Source: Hydrurus foetidus (Eukaryota). From it: a DNA stretch of 64,000 nucleotides. The stretch is from positions 4,030,001 through 4,094,000 of the forward strand of contig UYFQ01000001.1 of assembly GCA_900617105.1 (NCBI GenBank), in the 5' to 3' direction. A program made the position numbers and the translations under genes. Under the pieces are notes generated by a model. The model worked only from the letters and a program-made list of their open reading frames with translations. It searched no databases and was not told the DNA's origin. This document shows positions 50,039-60,967 of the stretch, piece after piece (the first letter of the stretch is position 1; each line of letters begins with the position of its first letter).

Positions 50039-50806
50039 ATGAGCGAAACCATTTTAAATGTCTCGGGCGTGTCCAAGCGCTTTGGCGGCTTACAGGCGCT
50101 GAGCGATGTCGGCATTCATATCGAGCGGGGCCAGGTGTACGGCCTGATCGGCCCCAACGGCGCTGGTAAAACCACTTTTTTTAACGTTCTTACCGGCCTG
50201 TATACGCCCGATAGCGGCACGTTTGAGCTGGCAGGAAAAACCTACCAACCAACAGCTGTGCACCAAGTCGCTAAGGCCGGCATTGCGCGCACATTTCAAA
50301 ATATTCGGTTGTTCGCAGAAATGACCGCGCTTGAAAACGTGATGGTAGGCCGGCATGTGCGCACCCATTCGGGGTTGATTGGCGCGGTTTTTCGCACGCC
50401 AGGATTTAAAAACGAAGAAGCGGCGATTGCCAAACGCTCGCAAGAATTGCTGGACTACGTTGGCATAGGCAAATATGCCGACTTCAAAGCCCGCACACTG
50501 AGTTACGGAGACCAGCGTCGGCTTGAAATTGCCCGAGCCTTGGCTACAGACCCGCAATTGATTGCGCTAGACGAGCCAGCGGCCGGCATGAACGCCACTG
50601 AGAAAATTCAGCTGCGCGAATTGATTGACCAAATCCGCAAAGACAACCGCACGATTTTGCTGATTGAGCATGACGTCAAGCTGGTGATGGGCCTGTGCGA
50701 CCGCGTCACGGTTCTGGACTACGGCAAGCAAATTGCCGAGGGCAAACCGGCCGACGTTCAGAAAGATGAAAAAGTAATCACTGCGTACTTAGGCGGCGGG
50801 CATTGA
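50039..50806 (+). CDS. livG: Branched-chain amino acid ABC transporter ATPase
   Basis: GPNGAGKTT, RTFQNIRLF, LSYGDQRRLEIARAL. Confidence 0.93.
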   Translation: MSETILNVSGVSKRFGGLQALSDVGIHIERGQVYGLIGPNGAGKTTFFNVLTGLYTPDSGTFELAGKTYQPTAVHQVAKAGIARTFQNIRLFAEMTALENVMVGRHVRTHSGLIGAVFRTPGFKNEEAAIAKRSQELLDYVGIGKYADFKARTLSYGDQRRLEIARALATDPQLIALDEPAAGMNATEKIQLRELIDQIRKDNRTILLIEHDVKLVMGLCDRVTVLDYGKQIAEGKPADVQKDEKVITAYLGGGH

Positions 50807-50808
50807 TC

Positions 50809-51525
50809 ATGAGCACAACACTTTTAAAAATTACTGGCCTGCAAGTGGCGTACGGCGGCATCAAGGCTGTCAAGGGTGTCGACCTGCACGTTAACGAAGG
50901 CGAGCTGGTCACGTTGATCGGCTCAAACGGTGCGGGCAAAACCACCACCATGAAGGCCATCACCGGGTCGCTCCCGCTTGCCGCTGGAGACATTGAATAC
51001 CTCGGCAAAAGCATCAAAGGCAAGGGCGCCTGGGACCTCGTCAAAGACGGCCTGGCCATGGTGCCGGAAGGGCGCGGCGTGTTTGCCCGCATGACCATCA
51101 TTGAAAACCTGCAAATGGGGGCCTACATCCGCACTGACAAGGCTGACATTGCAGCCGACATGGAAAAGATGTTCACCATTTTCCCGCGCCTGCGCGAGCG
51201 CAAAGACCAGCTGGCCGGCACCATGAGCGGCGGCGAACAGCAAATGCTGGCCATGGGCCGAGCGCTGATGAGCCGACCCAAAGTGCTGCTGCTGGACGAG
51301 CCCTCCATGGGGCTGTCGCCGATCATGGTCGACAAGATTTTTGAAGTCGTTAAAGATGTGTCTTCACAGGGCGTCACGATTTTGCTGGTCGAGCAGAACG
51401 CCAGCCGCGCGCTCAGCATTGCTGATCGCGGCTATGTGATGGAGTCTGGTGCGGTCACGATGAATGGTGACGCTAAAGAGTTGCTTAGCGATCCGCGGGT
51501 TCGAGCGGCTTATTTGGGGGAGTGA
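50809..51525 (+). CDS. livF: Branched-chain amino acid ABC transporter ATPase
   Basis: GSNGAGKTT, VPEGRGVF, MSGGEQQMLA, LDEPSMGL. Confidence 0.93.
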   Translation: MSTTLLKITGLQVAYGGIKAVKGVDLHVNEGELVTLIGSNGAGKTTTMKAITGSLPLAAGDIEYLGKSIKGKGAWDLVKDGLAMVPEGRGVFARMTIIENLQMGAYIRTDKADIAADMEKMFTIFPRLRERKDQLAGTMSGGEQQMLAMGRALMSRPKVLLLDEPSMGLSPIMVDKIFEVVKDVSSQGVTILLVEQNASRALSIADRGYVMESGAVTMNGDAKELLSDPRVRAAYLGE

Positions 51526-52181
51526 TTGGATTCTTTCGCCCTTGATTCGGGCGCTGGCAGCTCTTGAGTTTTTAGCGTTTTGCCTTCATTGGGTTTGCCG
51601 GGGGTAGCCCGGCGGCTACTCACTTTTCTTTTGCTTCGCCAAAACCAAAGTGAGCAAAAGAAAAGGCGACCCGCAGGCTGGGCCGCTTCGCGGTTCCTTG
51701 AAATAGTCAAATGAGACGGAAAATTTAGAAACTAGTCGGCAAGCCGCCGTCGGACATCTAAATTTTTTAATCCGTCTCGTTTGACGATTTCAAGCCCAGC
51801 CAGGACGGGTTGGGGAATTAATTCGGGTTCCGGTGCGGGGAGCCCTCACCCTCACCCTCACCCTCACCCTCTCCCTCTCCCAAGGGGAGAGGGGATAAAG
51901 AGATTGCACATCGCAAAAATTTCGGTTTTTCTCCTTCTCCTTCTCCTTCTCTCTCTCCCTCTGGGAGAGGGCTGGGGTGAGGGCTCCCCGAATCCGAATC
52001 TTTCCCCACCCCTTCTGTATGCGCTGAGGAGCGCAGGATTAGACGGATAAAAATTTTAGATGTCCGACGACTGCTTCAGCAGGCTAGTTTCTAAAATTTC
52101 CGGCTAAGCCGAGCACCGCAAGGTGTAGTGGTCTAATAAAAACAGACAGCTCAATAGGTTGTTAAAACCGAAATGGCATAA

Positions 52182-53380
<1,199 letters not shown>

Positions 53381-53519
53381 CCAATACAAGGTATCCGCAG
53401 CGAAGTGAAGGATCGCAGCCAGTAGGGTCGCCTTTTCTTTGCTTACTTTCTTTTGGCGAAGCAAAAGAAAAGTGAGTAGCAGCCGGGCTACCCCGGCACT
53501 CACAATGAATGCGAACCCA

Positions 53520-53560
53520 GCTATCAATTAATGAGCTGTTCGCGCCCGTATCTATTGACC
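53520..53560 (+). repeat. 41-bp element copy 17 (intergenic)
   Basis: gcta tcaattaat gagc tgttcgc gccc gtatctatt gacc. Confidence 0.85.
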
Positions 53561-53594
53561 CACAGCATCAAAAAACATCAAAAAAAGCCAAAAA

Positions 53595-54578
53595 TCAATC
53601 GACTTTCGCCCCAGAAGCCTTAACCACCTTCTCATATTTAGCCAGCTCACTTTTCATAAACGCAGCAAACTGTTCAGGCGTAGACGCAACCGGCTCAGCC
53701 ATCAACGCTGCAAAGCGCGTTTTAGCCTCAGGTGAATTCAGCGCCGCAACAAACGCTGCATTGAGTTTTGCCACCACATCAGGCGGTGTTGCGGCAGGCG
53801 CCACCAAACCCCACCAGGTGTCTACTTCAAAGCCTTTTAAGGTCTCTGATACTGTCGGCACATCGGGCAGCGCAGCGCTGCGTTTTGCAGTGGTCACTGC
53901 CAGCGCTTTTAGTTTGCCTGCTTTGATGTTGGCTGACGCAGTGGCCAAATTATCGAAGTTGTAATCCACCTGGCCACTTAGCAGCGCCAACTGCGCCGGG
54001 TTGCCGCCGTTGTACGGAATGTGCAGCGCAAATATGCCCGCTTGCGCTTTAAACATTTCTCCGGCTAAATGTCCGGCGCTGCCGTTGCCGCCGCTGGCGT
54101 AATTGAGTTTGGCTGGGTTGGCTTTTGCGTACTTGATCAGGTCGGCCAGTGTGTTGATTTTTAATCTCGCGGCAGTCTCGGCATTCATCACCAGCACGTT
54201 CGGTACACGCAGCATTTGGGTAATCGGCGCAAAGTCGGTTGCGGCGTTGTAGGGCATTTTGCTATACAGCCACGCGTTGATAGTATGCGTTGCTACCGCT
54301 GCAATGCCGATGGTCAATCCGTCGGGCGCAGCCTTGGCAATTGCGTCAGCGCCTATGTTGCCGCCGCCACCCGGCCGGTTTTCAATGATGACAGTGCCCA
54401 GCGTGTCTTTGACGCGCTCAGCCATCAGACGCGCCGTGACATCAATTGGCCCGCCAGCTGTGTACGGCACGATGATGCGCATCACCTTGGTTTGCGCTGT
54501 GGCTGCGCAAGCTACCAGCGCAAAAACTGAAGCAGTAGCAAGCTGCCTGAAAAATCGGTTGGGGTATGAATAAGCCAT
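53595..54578 (-). CDS. Bug/TctC tripartite tricarboxylate transporter substrate-binding protein
   Basis: IVPYTAGGPIDV.AR, ENRPGGGG.IG, APDGLTI, IPYNGG, LPDVPT. Confidence 0.93.
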   Translation of the reverse strand: MAYSYPNRFFRQLATASVFALVACAATAQTKVMRIIVPYTAGGPIDVTARLMAERVKDTLGTVIIENRPGGGGNIGADAIAKAAPDGLTIGIAAVATHTINAWLYSKMPYNAATDFAPITQMLRVPNVLVMNAETAARLKINTLADLIKYAKANPAKLNYASGGNGSAGHLAGEMFKAQAGIFALHIPYNGGNPAQLALLSGQVDYNFDNLATASANIKAGKLKALAVTTAKRSAALPDVPTVSETLKGFEVDTWWGLVAPAATPPDVVAKLNAAFVAALNSPEAKTRFAALMAEPVASTPEQFAAFMKSELAKYEKVVKASGAKVD

Positions 54579-54653
54579 GCCCAGATTGTTGCAAAAACTT
54601 CTGCGCATTTGCCTTATGGCATTCCACTACAAGCGCTACCTTGACTCGCCTCC

Positions 54654-55703
54654 TCAGGCGGCTGCAACAGTAGCCATCGCCTTGTCTTTTTCAGTCACGA
54701 ATGAATCCGCAAAAAACTCGTCCGCCGGCAAGCCCGCAGCGATGTAGGCCGCCTGCGCAGAGTCCACCACAATCGGCGCGCCGCAGGCATAAACCTGATA
54801 CGCGCTTAACTCGGGTAAATCTTGCAGCACCGCGTTGTGTACAAACCCGGTGCGGCCTGTCCAGGCGTCTTCTGGCAAAGCGTCAGACACCACCGGAATG
54901 TAGGTGAGGTTCGGCATGCTGGCTACTTGCTCAAACACCCAATCGTGCATGTACAAGTCTGCTGGCCTGCGCCCGCCCCAGTACAGCACGGCGGGGCGCG
55001 CAATGGCTTTAACGCGCATGTGTTCGATCATGGCCTTGATGGGTGCAAAGCCAGTGCCCGATGCCAAAAACACCATCGGCTTGGCGCTGTCTTCACGCAG
55101 GTAAAAGCTGCCGAACGGGCCTTCAACCCGCAAAATTTCTTTTTCTTTCATGCCGCTGAAGACATGGTCCGTGAACTTGCCACCTGGCGTGTGGCGCACA
55201 TGAAGCTCAACACCCGGATTTTCTAGTTGCGTATGGGGGGCATTGGCCATTGAGTACGCGCGCCTGTCCCCATCACGCAGCAAAAATTCAATGTACTGAC
55301 CGGCGTGATACTTGAAAACATCGGCCGCAGGCAACTGCAGGCGCAGTGCCATCACATCGTGCGACAGCTTGCCCAGGCTGGCTACGCGCGTGGGCATTTT
55401 TTTAATCGGGAAGGCGCTTTCGTCGGTGACCTGGCGCGACTCAATCACCACATCTGAATGGGCAATGCCGCAACACGTCAGGATAAAACCCTGTTCAGCT
55501 TCTTCAAGCGACAGCGCTTTCAACTGATGCGCGCCGTGCGTGACTTCACCCGAGATTTTTTTGCATTTGCAAGACCCGCAGGCCCCGTCTTTGCAGCCGT
55601 AAGGCAGGCCAATGCCTTGGCGCATCGCGGCGGCCAGCAGTGCTTCGTCTGGGTTAACGGTAAAGGTGCGCCCGCTGGGCTGCACGGTGATGCTAAAACT
55701 CAT
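54654..55703 (-). CDS. 2Fe-2S/FAD-NAD oxidoreductase (CDP-6-deoxy-delta3,4-glucoseen reductase family)
   Basis: PYGCKDGACGSC ferredoxin motif, RAYSMAN, SGTGFAP, YACG. Confidence 0.9.
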   Translation of the reverse strand: MSFSITVQPSGRTFTVNPDEALLAAAMRQGIGLPYGCKDGACGSCKCKKISGEVTHGAHQLKALSLEEAEQGFILTCCGIAHSDVVIESRQVTDESAFPIKKMPTRVASLGKLSHDVMALRLQLPAADVFKYHAGQYIEFLLRDGDRRAYSMANAPHTQLENPGVELHVRHTPGGKFTDHVFSGMKEKEILRVEGPFGSFYLREDSAKPMVFLASGTGFAPIKAMIEHMRVKAIARPAVLYWGGRRPADLYMHDWVFEQVASMPNLTYIPVVSDALPEDAWTGRTGFVHNAVLQDLPELSAYQVYACGAPIVVDSAQAAYIAAGLPADEFFADSFVTEKDKAMATVAAA

Positions 55704-55790
55704 AGTCGTTATCCTTGGCGTTTGCAGGTTAGTTTTTACTTTATTTTTGTTGGTCGCCGCGCACTGCGGTTTATTACGGTTGTTCTAATT

Positions 55791-56717
55791 TTGCCTTCAA
55801 ATTCAAGTCCTTTAGGCGCACTGCCTTCGCGTTTTCGCCGCCAGCGTGTGTTGATCATCGGCTGCGGCGATGTGGGCCTGCGAGCGGCTGGTTTTTTGGC
55901 CAAGCGCGTCAATGTGATGGCCGTGACGTCGTCGCCCGCCAAAGTGCCCGCACTGCGCTTGCAGGGTATCAAACCATTGTTCGGCAATCTGGATGCCCCG
56001 GCCAGTTTGCGCCGCCTTGCTGGCCTGGCGCACCGCGTGCTGCACCTGGCCCCGCCGCCTAATGACGACCCGCACAGCCGCGTTGATCCACGCACCCAAG
56101 CGCTGCTGCGCGCCTTGCGCTTGCGCAGTGTTCCAACAGCGCTGGTTTATGGCTCCACCAGCGGGGTGTACGGTGATTGCCATGGCCAGTGGGTGGACGA
56201 GACCCGGACAGTAGCGCCAGACACGTCCAGAGCGCACCGCCGGGTGCATGCCGAGCAGTTGCTGCGCTGGTTTGGCCGCAGCACTGGCGTGGCCGTGCAC
56301 GCCTTGCGTATTCCGGGCATTTATGCGCCCAACCGCGAAGGCGGCACACCGCGCGCCAGGCTGGCCAAGGGCACGCCTGTGTTGCTGGCTGGTGACGACG
56401 TGTACACCAACCATATTCACGCTGACGACCTGGCCAGAGCCTGCCTGGCGGCGATGTGGCGCGGGCTGCCGCAGCGGGTGACCAATGTGAGCGATGACAC
56501 CGATTTAAAAATGGGCGACTATTTTGATTTGGCGGCTGATTTGTACGGAATGGCGCGTCCGTCCCGAATTTCGCGCGAGTTGGCAGTAACTGAATTGCCT
56601 GCGATGCAAATGAGCTTCATGAGCGAATCACGGCGGTTAAACAATGACCGCATGAAGCGAGAGCTGAGGCTGGCTTTGCGCTACCCAACAGTGGCAGAGG
56701 GGCTGCTGAAGCGCTGA
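55791..56717 (+). CDS. NAD-dependent epimerase/dehydratase (atypical SDR)
   Basis: IIGCGDVG, STSGVYGD, LRIPGIY, NHIHADDLA; TTG start inferred. Confidence 0.85.
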   Translation: MPSNSSPLGALPSRFRRQRVLIIGCGDVGLRAAGFLAKRVNVMAVTSSPAKVPALRLQGIKPLFGNLDAPASLRRLAGLAHRVLHLAPPPNDDPHSRVDPRTQALLRALRLRSVPTALVYGSTSGVYGDCHGQWVDETRTVAPDTSRAHRRVHAEQLLRWFGRSTGVAVHALRIPGIYAPNREGGTPRARLAKGTPVLLAGDDVYTNHIHADDLARACLAAMWRGLPQRVTNVSDDTDLKMGDYFDLAADLYGMARPSRISRELAVTELPAMQMSFMSESRRLNNDRMKRELRLALRYPTVAEGLLKR

Positions 56718-56721
56718 GAAT

Positions 56722-56762
56722 GCTATTGAATAGATAGTTGCCTGCGCCCGTCTTTGTTGGGC
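56722..56762 (+). repeat. 41-bp element copy 18 (intergenic)
   Basis: gcta ttgaataga tagt tgcctgc gccc gtctttgtt gggc. Confidence 0.82.
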
Positions 56763-56806
56763 TTCAACCAAAAATTATCAGGAAAATTGACCACATTGTT
56801 GAAATG

Positions 56807-56891
56807 TGGTGCCCGGGGCCGGAATCGAACCGGCACGCCTCGCGGCGCGGGATTTTGAGTCCCGTGCGTCTACCAATTCCACCACCCGGGC
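56807..56891 (-). tRNA. tRNA-Leu(CAA)
   Basis: GCCCGGGTGGTGGAATTGGTAGACGCACGGGACTCAAAATCCCGCGCCGCGAGGCGTGCCGGTTCGATTCCGGCCCCGGGCACCA; 85 nt, long variable arm, encoded CCA. Confidence 0.97.
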
Positions 56892-56928
56892 AACGCTTTC
56901 AGCCTCTAATTATGGCACAGTAGCCACC

Positions 56929-57831
56929 ATGAACTATCCGACTCTTGAAGACGCGATTGGCAACACACCCCTTGCCCGCCTGCAACGCATTGGCGCTGCA
57001 GAAAATGAACTTCGCGGCAATGTCATTTTGGGCAAACTTGAAGGCAACAACCCCGCAGGGTCAGTTAAAGATCGCCCCGCATTGGCGATGATCAAGCGCG
57101 CTGAAGAGCGCGGCGAGATCAAGCCTGGCGACACGCTGATTGAAGCTACATCGGGCAACACCGGCATCGCCTTGGCCATGGCTGCAGCGATCAAGGGCTA
57201 CCGTATGGTTTTGATCATGCCCGAAGACCTGTCCATTGAACGCGCCCAGACCATGAAAGCCTTTGGCGCAGAGCTGATTTTGACGCCCAAAAGCGGCGGC
57301 ATGGAAAACGCCAGAGACCTGGCCGAGCGCATGCAAACAGAAGGCAAAGGCAGGGTGCTCGACCAGTTCGCCAACCTCGATAACCCGCGCGCCCATTTCG
57401 ACACCACCGGCCCTGAAATTTGGCAAGCCACGGGCGGCAATGTCACGCATTTTGTGAGCGCCATGGGCACGACTGGCACCATTACAGGGGTGTCCAAGTA
57501 CTTGAAGGCGCAAAACCCGGCCATCAAAATCATCGGCGCGCAGCCGTCTGAAGGCTCGCGCATTCCGGGCATTCGCAAATGGCCTGAAGCTTATTTGCCC
57601 AAAATTTACGACCCCAGCCACATTGATGAGCTGATGTTGGTCAGCCAACTCGACGCCGAGCACATGTGCCGCCGCATGGCGCGTGAAGAGGGTTTGTTTG
57701 CCGGCGTGTCGGCGGCAGGCGCTTGCTGGGTGGCGCAAGAAGTGGCCAAAACCGCAACTGACGCAGTCATCGTGTTTATTGTTTGCGACCGCGGTGACCG
57801 CTACCTGTCCACTGGCGTTTTTCCCGCCTGA
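56929..57831 (+). CDS. cysM: Cysteine synthase B
   Basis: IGNTPL, KLEGNNPAGSVKDR, ATSGNTG, GTTGT, IPGIRKWPEAYLP, CDRGDRYLSTGVF. Confidence 0.95.
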   Translation: MNYPTLEDAIGNTPLARLQRIGAAENELRGNVILGKLEGNNPAGSVKDRPALAMIKRAEERGEIKPGDTLIEATSGNTGIALAMAAAIKGYRMVLIMPEDLSIERAQTMKAFGAELILTPKSGGMENARDLAERMQTEGKGRVLDQFANLDNPRAHFDTTGPEIWQATGGNVTHFVSAMGTTGTITGVSKYLKAQNPAIKIIGAQPSEGSRIPGIRKWPEAYLPKIYDPSHIDELMLVSQLDAEHMCRRMAREEGLFAGVSAAGACWVAQEVAKTATDAVIVFIVCDRGDRYLSTGVFPA

Positions 57832-57893
57832 TTAAGCATTTTTCGGCTTTTATCGACGTTTAAGGGCATTTTTGGATATCATTTAACCCTGTA

Positions 57894-57934
57894 GCCCAAT
57901 AAATACGGGCGCGAGCAGCTCCTGATAGCATAGC
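57894..57934 (-). repeat. 41-bp element copy 19 (intergenic)
   Basis: Reverse complement: gcta tgctatcag gagc tgctcgc gccc gtatttatt gggc. Confidence 0.9.
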
Positions 57935-57970
57935 AAAATAGTACAACACGACACAACACAACACCAACCC

Positions 57971-58513
57971 ATGACCCCAGAATTTAAATTTTGCCCGCAA
58001 TGTGCTGCGCCATTGGCCATGGTTACGCAGCTAGAAGACGGCGGTGAAAAAGCCCGCCTGCGCTGCCCGGCTTGCGGCTATACCCACTGGAACAACCCCA
58101 CGCCCGTGCTGGCTGCAGTAGTTGAAATTAATGGGCAAATTTTGCTGGCGCGCAACGCCGCCTGGTCAGGGCGCATGTTTGCCTTGATCACAGGATTTAT
58201 GGAGGCCAATGAGTCCCCGCAGGGCGGCATTGCTCGTGAGATCAAGGAAGAAACCAACCTCGACGCCTCAGCACTTAATTTGATTGGCGTGTATGACTTT
58301 CAACGCATGAACCAGATCATCATTGCCTACCACGCCGTGTGCAGTGGCGACGTGAAGCTGTCGCCTGAGCTGGCCGAATACAAGTTGTACGACCCGGCTG
58401 ACGTGCTGTGCTGGCCCGCTGGCACCGGCTACGCCATGGCAGACTTTTTAACGTCGCGCGGCTACACACCCAAGTTTGTTGACTGGAAGAAAAAAGATTT
58501 GGCAGTTGCGTAA
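57971..58513 (+). CDS. NUDIX hydrolase with N-terminal Zn ribbon
   Basis: FCPQC...CPACG..HWNNP; GFMEANESPQGGIAREIKEETNL. Confidence 0.9.
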   Translation: MTPEFKFCPQCAAPLAMVTQLEDGGEKARLRCPACGYTHWNNPTPVLAAVVEINGQILLARNAAWSGRMFALITGFMEANESPQGGIAREIKEETNLDASALNLIGVYDFQRMNQIIIAYHAVCSGDVKLSPELAEYKLYDPADVLCWPAGTGYAMADFLTSRGYTPKFVDWKKKDLAVA

Positions 58514-58551
58514 AATCACGGCAACCCACCCAGAATTTTAAAAAGGCATCC

Positions 58552-58779
58552 ATGCACATCGATAAAGAACTCGACACCCGCGGCCTGAATTGCCCCCTGC
58601 CCATTTTGAAGGCCAAAAAAGCGCTGACCGATATGCAAAGCGGCCAGCTGCTCAAGGTGATCTCTACCGATGCTGGCTCAACCCGTGACTTTCAGGCCTT
58701 TGCCAAGCAAACCGGCAACGACTTGATGGAGCAACTGACGGCCGGCGCCGACTTTATTCACGTCTTGAAGCGCCGCTAA
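58552..58779 (+). CDS. tusA: Sulfur carrier TusA family protein
   Basis: LDTRGLNCPLPIL motif. Confidence 0.88.
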   Translation: MHIDKELDTRGLNCPLPILKAKKALTDMQSGQLLKVISTDAGSTRDFQAFAKQTGNDLMEQLTAGADFIHVLKRR

Positions 58780-58816
58780 AGTCCCGCTGAAGCCGCGGTA
58801 AACCGCGCGTATTGGC

Positions 58817-59707
58817 TCAATTGAGTTTGAGCGTTTTTAAATAGTCTTTAAAGTGCGCGCCAACTTCAGGGTGCTGCAAAGCCAGTTCTACCGTGGCTTC
58901 TAAAAACCCTTCTTTGCTACCGCAATCGTAGCGCTTACCCAAATATTCATAGGCGTAAACAGCCTCTTTGGCCAGCAGGCTGGCGATGCCGTCGGTCAAC
59001 TGCAGCTCACCGCCCACGCCCGGGTTTTGCCTGCGAATATGCGCAAAAATAGCAGGCGTCAAAATATAACGGCCCGCTACGGCCATGCGTGAAGGCGCCG
59101 CTTCCGGCGCGGGTTTTTCCACCATGGCACTGACTTTTGTCAGGCGCTCGCCAGTTTTTTCGCCCGCCACCATGCCATAGCGCCGGGTGTGTGCCAACGG
59201 CACTTCTTGCACCGCCAATACCGACCGACCCAGCACTGCAAACTGCTCGGCCATTTGCGCCAATACGGGCTTGCCGCCGGTTGGCCCTACCATCAAGTCG
59301 TCTGCCAGCAGCACCGCGAACGGCTCGTTGCCCACCAAATGTTCCGCGCACAACACGGCGTGGCCCAAACCAAGCGAGCGCGGTTGGCGCACATAAGAAA
59401 AGTCCATGTCAGCAGGCTGCACCGACTGCACCAGCGCCAGCAGTGCAAGCTTGCCCGCCACTTCAAGTTCGTTTTCCAGCTCGTAAGCGGTGTCAAAGTG
59501 ATCTTCGATGGCGCGCTTATTGCGGCCAGTGACAAAAATCATGTGCCGAATTCCAGCGGCATAAGCTTCTTCCACCGCGTATTGAATCAGCGGCTTGTCG
59601 ACCACCGGCAGCATCTCTTTGGGCTGTGCTTTGGTGGCGGGTAAAAAGCGGGTACCCAAGCCGGCTACTGGGAAAACCGCTTTTTTCAGTAGGGTGGTAT
59701 TTTCCAT
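58817..59707 (-). CDS. galU: UTP--glucose-1-phosphate uridylyltransferase
   Basis: [43 protein letters not shown]. Confidence 0.96.
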   Translation of the reverse strand: MENTTLLKKAVFPVAGLGTRFLPATKAQPKEMLPVVDKPLIQYAVEEAYAAGIRHMIFVTGRNKRAIEDHFDTAYELENELEVAGKLALLALVQSVQPADMDFSYVRQPRSLGLGHAVLCAEHLVGNEPFAVLLADDLMVGPTGGKPVLAQMAEQFAVLGRSVLAVQEVPLAHTRRYGMVAGEKTGERLTKVSAMVEKPAPEAAPSRMAVAGRYILTPAIFAHIRRQNPGVGGELQLTDGIASLLAKEAVYAYEYLGKRYDCGSKEGFLEATVELALQHPEVGAHFKDYLKTLKLN

Positions 59708-59862
59708 AGACTTCTCTGTAAGTTAAGCATAAAGTATTGTAGACATGGTGTTTTCTGCGTGTCAGTGTTGGGGCGGTTAGCTTGACAGAAAGTTGCTCTT
59801 CTTCATTTGGCCTGCGCAGGATAATGTGAAAATTTCGGGACGCAGAAAAGGGAAAAAACCTG

Positions 59863-60945
59863 GTGGACATCTTACTTCTAGACGCGTTGGTGCCAGAGGC
59901 CAAAGCATGGCTAGAGACGCAGCACAGCCTAGACTACCGGCCCGAGCTGGCCAACGACATGGTCGCGCTGCGCAAAGCGGCGTACAAAACGCGCGGTATT
60001 CTTTTTCCGCGCTCTACCGTCGTACAGCAAGAGCTGCTTGGATTTCTACCAAAGCTCTGCGCAATTGCCCGTTTGCACGTAGGCACCGACAACACCGATC
60101 TGGACGCCTGTAAAGAGCGTGAAATCAAGGTCATTTATGCCAGCAGCGCCAGTGTGCGGTCTAACGCGGAATATTTGCTGGCCTGCTTGCTGCTGCTGTA
60201 CCGGCGCGGAATCGTGTCTAGCCTGGTCGGGCGCAAGCAAGCCCAGCCAACGGTAGGTCGCGAGTTACACGGCAGCACGGTGGCTTTATTGGGCCTGGCC
60301 CCAACTGCGCACACACTTGCCGGTATGTTGCACGGGCTGGGTGCCCGGCTGATTGGCTATGACCCGGCTGTGCACCACACTGCGCCCATTTGGGCCCGAT
60401 TAAACATTCAACCCGTCACGCTGACTGAACTGGTGAGTCGGGCTGATGCCGTGTCGGTGCAAATGCTGTACGCGTCGCGGTTCAAGTTTTTTATCGGCAC
60501 CAAATTGCTGGCCGCTTGCAAGCGCCATCAGTTGTGGGTGGGAATCAGCCGCAGCGAGTTGTTTGACCCGGATGCGCTGGCCGCCGCCTTAAAAGACGGG
60601 CGAATTGAAGCCTGTATTGTGGACGGCGCCGAGGCCGGTTTTGTTGACGAACGCTCACCCCTTAACGGACTTAGAAATTTGTTCATCACGCCGCGGCTGG
60701 GCTCGAACACGCGTGAGGCCAGGTTGCGCGCCAGCTGGTACGTGGCGCACCGCATGCACGAGGCCATCGTTGCGCAGCACAGTAACTTTGCAGGTTTGCA
60801 CCACAGCGCGCCGATGGACCTTGAATTGCCGGGCGCGGGCTCAGGCGCAGCGCGGCGGCCGGGCGATGCTGCTGATTCAGGTTACAGCCCCACGCAAGGC
60901 GCACTGCTGTCGGGCGAAAACGATTCGGGCTTTTTCGTCAGGTAG
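59863..60945 (+). CDS. D-2-hydroxyacid dehydrogenase-fold protein (SerA-like) with degenerate catalytic motifs
   Basis: VGTDNTDL, GRELHGSTV, GYDP, LAAALKDGRI, NLFITPRLG. Confidence 0.8.
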   Translation: MDILLLDALVPEAKAWLETQHSLDYRPELANDMVALRKAAYKTRGILFPRSTVVQQELLGFLPKLCAIARLHVGTDNTDLDACKEREIKVIYASSASVRSNAEYLLACLLLLYRRGIVSSLVGRKQAQPTVGRELHGSTVALLGLAPTAHTLAGMLHGLGARLIGYDPAVHHTAPIWARLNIQPVTLTELVSRADAVSVQMLYASRFKFFIGTKLLAACKRHQLWVGISRSELFDPDALAAALKDGRIEACIVDGAEAGFVDERSPLNGLRNLFITPRLGSNTREARLRASWYVAHRMHEAIVAQHSNFAGLHHSAPMDLELPGAGSGAARRPGDAADSGYSPTQGALLSGENDSGFFVR

Positions 60946-60967
60946 CCAACAGGGGGTTTGCGCCTGA

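Noticed and set aside
51781..52050. ORFs encoding PHPHPHP or GEGEGEG peptides
   Set aside because: These are translations of the palindromic repeat and its microsatellites, with no RBS or gene-like features.
54500..54545. Possible element in the Bug signal-peptide region
   Set aside because: It contains gcta/tagc words but not the 4-9-4-7-4-9-4 geometry.
55458..55790. N-terminal extension of the epimerase ORF
   Set aside because: It overlaps the divergent oxidoreductase gene and shows no family motifs.
56760..56810. Prophage or genomic island integrated at tRNA-Leu
   Set aside because: No integrase and no duplicated tRNA 3' end were seen in the window; the flanking genes are housekeeping.
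56806..56928. N-terminal extension of cysM in the ORF track
   Set aside because: It is the antisense of tRNA-Leu; the protein starts at MNYPTLED (56929).
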